Notes under the pieces: generated by a model
What the model saw: the letters and a program-made list of their open reading frames with translations, nothing else
What the model was told of the DNA's origin: nothing
Database searches by the model: none
In this document: positions 20,293-32,700 of the stretch, one piece after another
Numbering within the stretch: the stretch's first letter is position 1
Layout of the letters: each line of letters starts with the position of its first letter
Assembly: GCA_023247705.1 (NCBI GenBank)
Contig: JAHFFY010000009.1
Span: 1,688-65,687, forward strand
Reading direction: 5' to 3'
From: Candidatus Omnitrophota bacterium
GTDB taxonomy: Bacteria > Omnitrophota > Gorgyraeia > Zapsychrales > JAHFFX01
Length of the DNA: 64,000 nt
Translations under genes and position numbers: made by a program

Positions 20293-20702
20293 ACGAGATC
20301 ACCTTTTCGTATAAAACTTACAAAAAAACGCATTACCCCATCATCCCTATCGAAATCACCAATAAACGCACCAAAATCAAAACCAACGCCTACGTTGATT
20401 CCGGCGCTTCATTGTCAGTTTTTTCGATCAAAGAAGCGGTACGGCTGGGCCTGGACCGCCGCAGCGGACGGAAAGCCACGATCACCGTGGGAGACGGAAG
20501 TTTTGTCACGATTCATCTGCACAGGCTTTCGGTCAAAATCGGACACAGCCATCTCAAAGCGACGATCGGGTTTTCTCCAAGACTGAGCGTCAATCTGATC
20601 GGACGGAAAGATATCTTCGAATTTTTTGATATTACCTTCAGCGACAAAGACAAAATCGTTTCGTTTTACCCGCGTAAAGCCTCGATAAAACCGGCGGATT
20701 GA
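20289..20702 (+). CDS. retropepsin-like (retroviral-type) aspartic protease
   Basis: The catalytic motif is AYVDSGASLSVFS (D-S/T-G-A). Downstream is the flap/dimer motif NLIGRKDIFEFF, comparable to ILG.D.L. At 137 aa it is typical of single-domain bacterial retropepsin homologs that act as homodimers. Confidence 0.7.
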   Translation: MNEITFSYKTYKKTHYPIIPIEITNKRTKIKTNAYVDSGASLSVFSIKEAVRLGLDRRSGRKATITVGDGSFVTIHLHRLSVKIGHSHLKATIGFSPRLSVNLIGRKDIFEFFDITFSDKDKIVSFYPRKASIKPAD

Positions 20703-23700
20703 TTTGTTTTTCAAGAAATGGTTCTCGATCAGTCCGGCGACTTTGTCTCTTTCGATCCGGCCAGAAACCACCGCAGCCCAAATCACTATCCTGATCAAAA
20801 ACTCAACAAAAAGATCATAACTTAAAAAATAGATCAAGAGACTACTTCCCATATTCAAAACAGGGATATGTCGCGAAAAGCTCAATTGCGTTCCTGCTGG
20901 TTCTTCAGAGGATCGACTCCGGGGGACGCGCCAAAATTGATGATGTCTTTTTCCTTGGGACGCAAGACCGGGACGATCAGATCGCATCAGCAAGAGCGTT
21001 GCCCCCAAAAGAACAATAAAGAAAAACTCATTGATACCTGCTGACGTTCCAAACGCGATGGTGCGATGGGAATCATCATCTTGTTTTTTTTCTTTTAATC
21101 GCTTTCTTTTTTGTTTTGGCGGACCGAATTGAGGTCTCCCCCGGTCGATTTGTGAAATAACAATCACCGCAGCGATCAATAATAAAACAATAAACGACCA
21201 TCCGGTATGTTCCGTGAAGAAATCCACCAGATCAAAAAAGATTCTTTCAAACGAGATGTCGGTGAAACTTGGGACAAAGCTCATGACAACTTCCTCAGTC
21301 GAACCACTCCTCATTCCTAATTTCACCAATTCCGGTGTATATAACTCTCCCATGCGTGAATAGAAAATATTTTTGATCTCCCAGGGCAGATTGGTTTTTT
21401 CAATAAATTCGTAGGTTTCTTTAAGGCTACGCAGGATTCTTTCCTGGGCCCTCGTCATCCGCGGTGGGGAAAAATTATCGCGGTGATTAAAAACTTTGAT
21501 GAGCTGGGCTGCCCTATATAGAGAAGAACCCGATGCCAGTACCCTGCGCAGATGCGGCACCGCGAAATCCTCCAGCAGCCCCAGGGCGCCGCGTCCGTAT
21601 GGACCACGGTTGAAAAAATAGTATTGATAGGAAGGTTGTTGATTCGTAAAAAAGATCCCCAAGATCAGGAGGATCAATACGGCCGGAGTTGGGACCAGCA
21701 TATTGGCATATAATATTTGCCTTGTTCTTTCGTCTCGATTCGGTTCTTCTATCTGCCTTAAAAGAATCCTTTGCCAATCCGTAAAATCCTCATATCCTTC
21801 TAAAAGCCTCCTGATATCGTCCACGGAAAGATTCGTTTCGCGTAAAACCCGGTGGATCAAGGCCTGGATCCTGATAAAATCCACTTCGGTATGCTCTTCC
21901 CATCGGATCCATTCAGGATGTGCGATATGAAAATATTCCCGGGAACGCTCAGCGAGATTAAAGTGATCGAGCTGTTGCGGATAATTTAAGGAAAGCGCGA
22001 GCAGAACCAAAACAAAGGTATCGACATCGTCGAATTTCGGGTCGGCGATCATTCGTTCGATTATGAATTTCGTGTTGATTCCGTACTGCTGTTCCAAATG
22101 ATTCCGGTCAATAAAAGAATCAAGAAAATCGACGAGGCTTTGCCGGCCTCTCACCATGTCAATCATCTGAGCCAGAAGCTGACCTTTCAACGCGTGAATC
22201 GTGTCCGTAATATTTTCGACCATCCCGATCGAAGGAATTTCTTCGCCTCTTTCCAGCCGGGCATACATCTGGGGGGATAGGCCTGCTTCCTGAGCCACCC
22301 AACCCGATGGCAACCAGAGCGTTAAACGCAACTGGGCCAATTCACGCCCCATGGAAACGGTTGTTTCTCCGTTGATCAGATAACCGATATCGGTCCCGAA
22401 CGCCCATAATCCTCGGATCGAAGTGAATAAGGCAAAATTCTGGATCTGCCAGCTGCGTATCTTATTTAATCCGATCAAATATCCCAGTTGATAATCGCTG
22501 TACCCATTACGCTGTTTCAAACGTTCGACTCTTTCGATAAACAATGATCGCTCAAAGTTGCGAATGTCATCAGGCCCTCCCAATCCCAGCAATAACCAAC
22601 GGACACTCAGATTAAGATAATTGACCAACGATAGAACGCTGGTCCTATAAAGATTAGGGATCCTGCGTTGAGCAGGCAAAACCGCGAGCTGGGATTTAAG
22701 CTGGTAAACCGTCCGGGCCCCGAGGACTCTTTCCTCAAAAAGTTTTGTCCATGAGCTTCCCATGTCCTGTAAACGATCGTTGATCCGCTCCGGAAGATAT
22801 CTCAGACGGTCAAAATAATCCAGAAGCGACGGCCGGGATAAAATGGCAATGGCCTCTTGAATTAAAAAATAGGTGTACGATTTCGAATAGCCTAATGATT
22901 GCACCATTTGATCGATGGTTTTGGGAGCTTCTGAAATTCCTAAATACCCATTGATAAACTTGATCAGCAAAGTAGATTTCAGCATGCCATCGTATCGCCC
23001 ATCGGCCATGCGCGCATAAACATTCTGAATCATTCTGGCCTTAGGGCCATAAATTCGTCCTTCAAGCACGTTTTTCAAGAAAACAATTTCGTCTTTACTA
23101 ATGAATCCTTTCAGCATGGCCTCATCTTCTTGAACCAATCCCCCTAACGCTTCGTTTACTTGTAAATCCAGGGCCATGACCAAACGGACAAGACCGCTGC
23201 CCCGGGAAGGAAACTGTATGGTTAACATCCGTGAGGCAAATTTTGGTTTGACCTCCAGGCGTTGTGCAAGAATTTTGCTGCCGATCCGTTTTCGTCGGGC
23301 AATCGCGCGTAACCGTAACGGAAGAGTTGCGAGATCCGGTTGTTCCATCGTCTCGGATTGAGAAATGATGATATCTTCCATAGGAATTTTGAGATCGATC
23401 AATCTTGCCATCGCGACATTCAAACCGATCGCGATCTTTCTTAAACTTTCGAGTTCCGCGTCACGTCTGCCATTTTCTAGCGCCGGCACAATGCGGTTAT
23501 CAATATCGGCTTGATCGGCTAACTGTTGACGGCCTAATCCTCTTTTTAAACGGACATATCTGATCCGCGCGCCGATGGACTTGACGATTTCCTCCCGGCT
23601 CGGGATCCGGGGATGAGCGTCGAGACGCTGGTCGGGCCTTTTTTCCCAATTCACCTCGGACATCAAGAAAATCATCAATCCTAAGAATAAAATTTCCACC

Positions 23701-26700
23701 CCCAACGCTGGAAATCCGACGACCGCGTAATGCCCTTCGTCATTCGTTCCTTGCAATTGCGCCAATAGGACTTTCTGCCAATCGGTGAGATCTTCGTAGC
23801 CTTCCAAGAGGGTGCGAATATCTTCCAGCGAAAGATGTGTTTCCAAAACAACCCGATCCACCAAATGATGAATTGTTTCTAAATCAATTTCTTCATTTCC
23901 TGGAATCTGGGGTGGAACGGCAAAATTGATATGCACATATTCCGAAGACCGTTCGGCAAGATTATGGTAATCGAGTTCTTGGGGATAATTGAGCGAGAGC
24001 GCCAACAAGAACATCACGAAGGTATCGATGTCTTCAAATTGAGAATCAGCAATCATCCGTTCGATAACGAATTGAGTGTTGATCCCGTATTGTATTTCCA
24101 AATGATTCCTCCGGATAAAATCATCCAGAAATTCGGTCAGACTTTGGTTTTTGCGGACCCGATCAATCATCAGCATTAAAAACTGCCCTTTCAGAGCATG
24201 CATCGTGTCGGTGATTTTCTCGATGATCGCTATGGTCGGCACCTCTTCACCGCGTTCGATGCGGCTATAAACCCACGAAGATATTCCCGATTCCTGGGCA
24301 ACCCAACGTCGCGGAAGCCACAACGATAAACGCAATTGTTCCAGATCACGTCCCATCCCTGCGGTCGTTTCACCTTTGATCAAATATCCGAGATCGGTTT
24401 CGAGTCCCCAAAACGCTTTCGTTGCCGTCAATAAAGCCAACTGCCGGACCGGATGAACTTTAAAATTATCCAAGCCCACAAATCGTCCCAGTTGGCTCGT
24501 TGTGTAACCTTTGCGCGTCTTCAGACGTTCGAGCCGTTCTTCTAACGATGTCGCTTCGACTAACCTCGCGTCTTCCGATGTACCCAACCCTAACAATAAC
24601 CAACGCACATTCACGTCAATGGCATCGGCCAGATCGATCGTTATAGGGAGAAATAAATTATGAACCTTTCGCTGAGCAACAGGAACCCCAAACTGTTCTT
24701 TGAGAAGATAAACGGATCTGTTGTTTGATACAGCCCGATAAAGATCAACCCATTCCATATTTTTTTCTTTTAACCGCAGATCTATCCGATCGGGGATCAA
24801 ACGAAACGCGTTAAAATAATCCAAAATTTCCGGACGGAATAAAACCGCGTAGGCCAGCATCCGCAAACGCTGCACGCGGTGCCGGGAATAACCGGTGGCC
24901 GCAGCAATTTGTGCGAACGATTTCGGGCGTCCGTCCAATCCTAAATATTCACGGACAATCCGCGCCAGGAGTCGCGCGTCAAGCATGTGATCATAGTCTT
25001 CCTTCGACATCCGCTCATAAGCCTGAACCACTTTGCGGGAAAAAGGGCCATAGATTCTTTCTTCCAAAATATTTTTCAATAACATATGTTGTTCTGAGTT
25101 CACAATACGTTCCGGTTGACTTGTCACCGCAGAGATCGAAGCCAAAACCTCAGAAACCTCAGCATCGATCGCGATGATCAGACGGATCAAACCGGTCATA
25201 CGCTCAGGAAAATCCAAGTTAAACAATCGCACCGCCGAAGCTCTTTGAATCTCCAGGCGTTCGGCGAGCTCTTGATAATTCATGCGCTGACGTCTAAAAA
25301 TCGCTAATAGCCTCGCCGGCAAGGTTTGTAAATCGGGTTGAGGCGTAGGCTGTTGCGCGGGAAATTCTTTAAATTCAATCATTGCTTCTTTAACGAGTTT
25401 CAAATCAAGTAAACGCGCCAAAGAAACTTCCATGGCCATGCTTAACTTCATCAAACTTTCAAGCGACGCGTCTCTCTTCCCTTCTTCCAAAGGACCGATG
25501 AGGCCTCCTGATATTTTATATTTTCTTCTTAATTCTGTTCTGGTTAATCCGCGTTCTTCCCGGACATATTGAACCCGGCCACCGATGACGCGCATGATTT
25601 CTTCCCGGTTGGGAATGCGCGGCCGGATGGCCACGCGTTGATGATGTTTTCTATCATCATTAAACTGCGTCATCAGGAAAATCATCACGCCAAAAAAGAT
25701 CCAAGTTATGTCACCCGGTCCGTTGAGCACCGGGAAAGAAAACGCCAATAAACTTTCCGGTGAGTCTGTAGGCCGCCCGAGATGTTCAGGGTTGGCCGTT
25801 TTTTTGAACCGGGAAAGAAACGGATAATCTCTCAAGGCATATACCCATAAGGTGAATAAAACCATGATTTGCCAAAGCAACACGCGCGGTTGAAGCAAAA
25901 ACCCAATAACCAATAACGACGATAGAATTGCAGCCTCCAAAGAAGAAAAGCGGTAAGGAACAAATCGCCGGTCCTTGCGCGGCCACAGGACGTTGAACAA
26001 TTCTTCTCTGTTCTTAAATTGAAAGAGCGAAATCGTCCCTAGCATAAAACTCACGGTGCTCAATCCCAGAAAAATATAATTTTTCGGTTGGGGTAAAACG
26101 AAAGTCAAATAAGACAAAAGAGAAAAAAGATTGATCGAAGCGTGATAAGCGACTGCCGCCACCAATCCCAATCGATAAAAAATATAGCTTAGGAAGAAAG
26201 TGTCCAGCATTCGCAAACTGATCAGAAAATAATCACTCTGCTCATGGAGAATGACAAAAAGAAATGAAATGACGACCGCAGAAATCCCAAAGGCCCACCG
26301 CTGTCCGAGCCGCGATAGAATTTTAACCAAACTTCCCATGGCCACTCCTCGGGCGACGAATTCTTCCGCAATGGCGGCTTGAATGGTTCCCTCGAAACTA
26401 TACGCGAGGATACCAAACCACGAGAAGTCCACCAGCAGCGGAGGTTGATAACTGGCATTTACTTTAAAACGAAGAATCGACCGAATGATCACCGCACCGG
26501 TTAAAAACAAACGCATCAAAATGACCGAATGAAAAGCGATCTTGATCGCATGCAAGAATCCCGGGACCCATTCCTGTGTTCGCACCCATTGCGAACGGAA
26601 AGCGAAGATCAACATCCCTTGGATGAGAATCATTGTCAAGGCTATCTCCAAACCGACGATGACCAAGGACATTTTCGGTTCATCTTGTTTCACCCACGCG

Positions 26701-29700
26701 CTGAAAGATTTCTGCCCTTGATAAAGGATCCTTTCCATGAAGATCTCTTTTCCGGTGGACAATGTTCTTTGCGCCATCATCTCGATGAGATCCAGAGGGA
26801 CTTCAAAAACGTTATATCCCTCCAGCCTTTGCACGGCCTCTTCCTTATCGATGCCGCTTCTTAAATCGCCCACCGGCCTTAAGAAATTTTCCAAATCAGC
26901 ATCGGTTTCCACCTGATGCTTGGGTACGAACCCCACAAACAAGGTCCTGTCGTCAAAGATCAAACGATATAACCGGTAAATGCCCTGGGCCGTATAAACA
27001 TGGTGATAATACAAATCTTTCGACATCAATTTATGATCCGGACGCCTGAGCGCTTCCAGAATCTTTTCAGCCAATCTCCGCCGGAGTTCGGCATTCTTTA
27101 AAATCATGAGTAAATCAAACATGGAAGAATCATCCAGGATAGCGATCTTAGCAATGAACTGCGGAACAACAGCTCCTCCCGGACTCATTGGCCCGTTGAT
27201 CTCCACTGATTCCAGCAAAAATTCGACCCACTCTGCTACGCGCTCGGACACTAACGCGCTTAGGCCGCGCAAGTCGATCGCCAGTTCAATGATGCGTCGT
27301 TCGATGCCTGTATTCTCACCGACAGCCCGAAGATACTCATGATAGGTGCCTTTGAGCAAGGCCTCTTTGATCTCGGTAAGATTTCCCTGTTTTGGAATCG
27401 TAATTTCGCTTAGGTCCAGATTGTTAAACCAATCCAATAAAACCCAGCTGTCGAGTTCCAGGATCAGCAAACTCGCGTCCTCAGCTGAATACGCGGCGGT
27501 TAGAATGTTCTCTAATTCAACCGTCTTTTCTCTATAAAAAGAAATCTCTCGATAATAAACACCCAAACTTGTTTCATTAAAAATTTCCGGATCTAACTCA
27601 ACAACATTGATCCAATAATACAAAGCTTTCTGTTTGTTCCCGATCTTGTGATACGCTTCGGCGAGCTGTTGATCAATTGAAATTGTTCTTTTACCTTGCA
27701 GGACAACGGACTCGAGGTAAGTGATGACCTGAGCCGGATGATCGAGTTTGCTATGAACAAATCCCAAATGTTCATCAAGATCGGGATAATTTTCGTTTAA
27801 GTGTTCGACGCGTTCAAAATCCTCAACGGCGTTCTGGTACTCGCCCAGATATTCATAAGCCAATCCCCGATGGAAATGGCTTTCCATGAGACTCCCGGGA
27901 CCGGACGTCAGGACAGACGGAGCAAGGGCAATGGCCTCGTTAAATTCTTCAATGCCCCATTTCCATTGCTGAATATTCATAAAAGCCATCGCTCTGCGAT
28001 AACGGATCATGAAAGAATCATTGCTCTGTGCATTCATCTGCTCAGGGCTCAACATCATGTCTTCTAAAATACCCACCGCTTGGTTCAAGAGAGGAATCTG
28101 CAAAGACTTTAACCACTCCTTCGCGAGATCGAATATTTGCTTATTCTCCAACCGTTGGCCGTGATTTGCCCGCGCATCCCGAATCCGCAACACCAGTTCC
28201 GGAATACGATCCACGGGAACATAACGGGTCAAATTCGTGACAAATGGCATAAACTTAAGAAACGCGCCACCCTTATCTTCCCAGTTCCTCAAGATGATCT
28301 GTTGAATCATCGACATGAGCGCAACATCGCGGTATGCCTGGGCATCGGGCTGCACCCCATCAAAAAATTGTTTGCGTATCAAAGCCAGACGGACATCAAG
28401 CATATTTTCTCTCAATGGAATCGATTCGGCGGTGATCCCGGGAAACTCAGGTGGGATATATTTTTCTACGCCAGCCCTTTCATATCCCTTAAACGTAATC
28501 ACTTTATTATTATTTCCCGTTAACATCTGTGGGATAAATTCCCCCATGGCGCGCGCTCCATAGTGGTGAATGTATTTGATGGATGCTTCGATCGTCCTTC
28601 TTTGAAGTTCCAAAAACAGATCATCACGGCCATCCAGGAGATAATTATAGGCCCGCTCACTCGCTAAGACCATTCGGCTATAATAGAGACTGACGTCTTC
28701 ATACACCGGACCGATCACGATTCTGATATTCCGATAACCTTCAAGTCTTTTCCCGCGGATGAAATTGAAGAACGCCCGCTCAAACGGATGACGGGGGATC
28801 GTAAAAGCGTTCTTGGTCGAACTTTTTTGATTCTGGCTTTGCCGCCGTTTGTTCTCGGTATCGACCGTCAGCTTGATCCGCTTGACTAAAATGTCATCCG
28901 ATTCATAATCATCCGACAGCAAACGTTCTTTATCCCCTTCTTTGAGCTGTTCTTCATCGATGCTTCCCGTGGCCTGAAGCACGATGACAAAATGCGCTGT
29001 TTTTCCTCCCAATTGGTCAAACATTTGATCGATGGTTTCTCTGGCTTCCTGAAAATCCAATTCCGAATAATAAGAATCATAAATGACCGCCCATCGCAAT
29101 GGATTCTCAACGATATGCACGGAATCAATCGTCTTCTTAAGTCGATTTTGTTCCGATAAGAATGCGTTTAAAAAATCATTGGCGATGCTGCCGTGCAGTC
29201 CTTCGAACAGAACACTCTTCTTCAACGCGTCGATTTGCTTTCCTTTCGAACCCATCGCCAAGATGGGTGTCAAAAGAACCGACAATTCACGGATGTCCCG
29301 GGCAAAATTCTTGGCAAACAAAGCTAGACCGTCCTGATGTCTTTGCCGTTCTTCTTCATCGCGGCTATCTTCGATCTTCTGCGCAAGAATGCGGCTGGTC
29401 ACCTCAATCGCACTTTGAAGGATTAAATTGATCGAATTTCTCTCCGACTCCCGTGAGGAACGTCCTGAACCATTGACCATCATCAAGGACCAAAAACCAA
29501 AACTTAAGATCAACAGAATAACCATTTGATCTATCCCCTCCGTCCCGAGGGCAAATGGAATCGACCAAGCCGATGCAGGCTCATCCGGAAAATCGTCGTG
29601 AGGGAGGGCTCCTTTTTTTTGCGCAGGAGCTCTGGTCTTACTGTCTTTATTGGAGTTTGGTTTCTTTTCCTCGAATCTTTTCTTAGGCGGAGTAGGCCAA

Positions 29701-32700
29701 GAGTATTGACGATCAAAAAACTTTATAAAATTCTTAAGGACATCTTCATACTCCTGGGCCTTCTGAGGATATTCCTGGGCTTTGAGAAGACGGATATAAT
29801 GATTCAAGGCATCTTTAAACCGGCGTTCTAATTCGGACGTTGGATTGGATCCGGGATAATATTTCATCGAGAACAAAGCCGATTCAAAGGCTTCAACGGA
29901 TTGATTCAGTTGTTTTTGATGCAACAAAATTTCGGCCAATAATAAAAGAACATCTTCATCCGATGGATCGTGTTGAAGAGCGACCGAAAGATAATGCGCG
30001 GCGTCTTGCAACACTTGATCTCGGTTCTCTGTCTCGTCACGACCCAATGAATCCAGCCTGGACTTGGCCAATGAAAAAAGTTGGTGAATCACTTCTTCAT
30101 TTAATTTTAAAGCCCAGAAATTCTTATCTATGAACAATCGGCTTTCTTCTCTTAAAGCATCACCCACAATGGCCAGCACTCTATTCTGCGGATCTTTCTC
30201 TATCGCCTTATGAATGTACTTTAAAAAAATTTTACTATATTCCGAATCCATCCATTTCAACGATACGATGATCTGAGCACGACTAAACTCATTTTCACTC
30301 TTCTTGGTTATAAATCCCGGAGACGGCAACAACGATTCAACCGGCCATTCCTGCACATGCTGAGAAAGCCCCTGTTGATTCACCCGGTAAGTTAAGACCC
30401 GTTTATAAATACGAAATCTTTCCTCAGGGGCCGGATCCACAGCAACCGCCAAGTTCACATCAGTAGAAGATACCGCTTTGACCTGAAGTTCGGTATAGGT
30501 AAGCTGTGGATATTGTGTCATTAAAAATTTGATCCAATAGCCCAGTTGTCGATCATTAGCCGGATCAAATACATCCGGCCGTTTTTCTAGAAGCTCGGGT
30601 CTTAAACCGGGCAGGATATCCCTCAGGAATACAAAAATTTCATTATTCGATAACAACAGATCGTTGCTCATGTCCTCTTGCGGATTCTCCATTAAGAGTT
30701 GAGCCGTAAAGACCGCATCGCGAGAAAACTGAACAGCAGAATCACTCCGGGCCAAGCGATCAGAAGGAGATAAGACCAGATTACTCAAAAAGAAAATAAG
30801 AAATAAGAATATAAATCTATTCCAACCGATGGACCGATCTCTGATTGAATATCGCAATCCATCCGCAAGTTTTAGAAATACTCCCCCAATAAATACGACT
30901 CCCAACACAAACAACACGACGACATTGCTATTCAACGACGGGAACAGAATCAATTTAAAATTCATCAAATCGCCTGAAGCGGAATCTTCCTCCACATCTT
31001 GATAATTTGAGAAACGGCCTCGATTGTTGCGTCCGTCGTCTTTTTTCTTTAGAAAGAATTCGTCCGAACTTTGTAATTGAAGCGGTTTCTCATGGTCAAA
31101 ACGCGATAACGGCTGATCCTGGACTTCTTTGTTGACCACGACCGCAATCGAGGACAGATTTTTTTCCCCTTGATCAACATAATTGATCAATTGCAGAACC
31201 AGCCGCTGCAATCCTTTATACGTCGTCGCATTGGCGTGATTGACCTCGGCATTGCCTTCCATCTCAACATACGTTGCTTCCGGGATGGAAAGCCCATTAT
31301 TCATTGTGATAATTCCATCGGTTCCCGGTGTCCCATAAAATCGACCGAGTAAAGATAAATGTGTCGACTCAACGGGATTTCCGGATTTTGTCTTGGTCGA
31401 AATAATAACTCTCAATGGACGGTTCTTTTGGAGTGAAAACTTCTGTTGCAGTGTACGAATAAACCGTTTATTGTCTTCGCCGAACAGGAAGGAACCCAAA
31501 AATGTACGCGCGGCCTCTTTCCCCCACCAATAGGTTCGAAATTCTTCCCACCAGCCTGAAATCCAATTTGTGGAACCCTGTGTCAGGCTGAACGCGGGAT
31601 TGATCAAAATATAGGCTAAAACTTCTTCCCGGTGATCCAGAGACATCAAGCCGGCGGCAACCCCTCCAAAACTATTGCCTACCACGACAAAACGCGCATG
31701 GGGATTCTCCTGTTTAAGCTGATCCAAAACGTCGTTGGCTGTCTTAACATCTTGATTGATCGTTCCGGTAAAATTCTGTTTCAAATTCCTATCTTCAGCC
31801 AACGGAACACTATTGATCTCATGAAACTGACTTAAATAAAATGCAAGTCCCTTCTCTTTGGAGAAATAACCATCGTCGTATTTAGCGCCGACGTTTAACT
31901 CTTCCTTCAACCAGGTTATAAAAGCATTCGAAGGCTCAAGGATCATCCGTCCCGGGAAAAAAACAACAATCGTTTTCGATTCCCGGATTTCTTCTCCCTC
32001 CAATGTAACCGGTTTACTCCAGGAAATGAGCGGAAGATTTTCGGAAAATTTTTTAATTCCGAATTTCATATGGGCGAACATCCGGCTCTGGCCGGCTTTG
32101 AGACCAACGAGGACAGTTTCAAACCAGGCATAACCGGTTATGATCTTTTGCACGGTTGTTACAAACCAGCGCCGTAAAGCCATTGTCCAAGACGGTGCGT
32201 CAAAATGCACTGGAGCCTCGGGGATATAATTGTAAATCTCGGGGGTTTGATGTGATGCCGGGGGGAATGGATTACTGGGGGGCCGCATTTCAGGGATCAG
32301 ATAAGGGGTAGTCAAAAAATATAAAGCCAGATATCCAACCAACGCCCGTTTGAAACGCCCTGCCTTGCGGTCAATGGATAATTTTGATTGTTGACCTAAC
32401 GGGACCGGTGGTGAACGGGGGAAATGCGATTTCCCATTCGCATGGCCATTTCCGTTTTTGAAATGATTCTGAATCCATCTTTTTCCATTCGCATGACCGT
32501 TTCTTTCCGGTGATGCGCCGGATGTCCAAGTATTGATTTTAAAATAAGCTTTTCTTTTATACGGTTCATTGTTCCGACGCCACCATCGATCGGACCGCCC
32601 CCGGCCTCTGTGGTCAGAAACAATCCCAACGATCAACATCGTCAATACAATCCCGATATTAAAGACGACCGCATCGGCATTGATTGCCAAGCCAATGACG

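Noticed and set aside
32420-32510. CRISPR-like short direct repeats
   Set aside because: The repeats are in-frame codon repeats (NGHANGK) inside the giant ORF with no unique spacers. The 18060-18154 repeats are a single intergenic structure. No CRISPR array is present.
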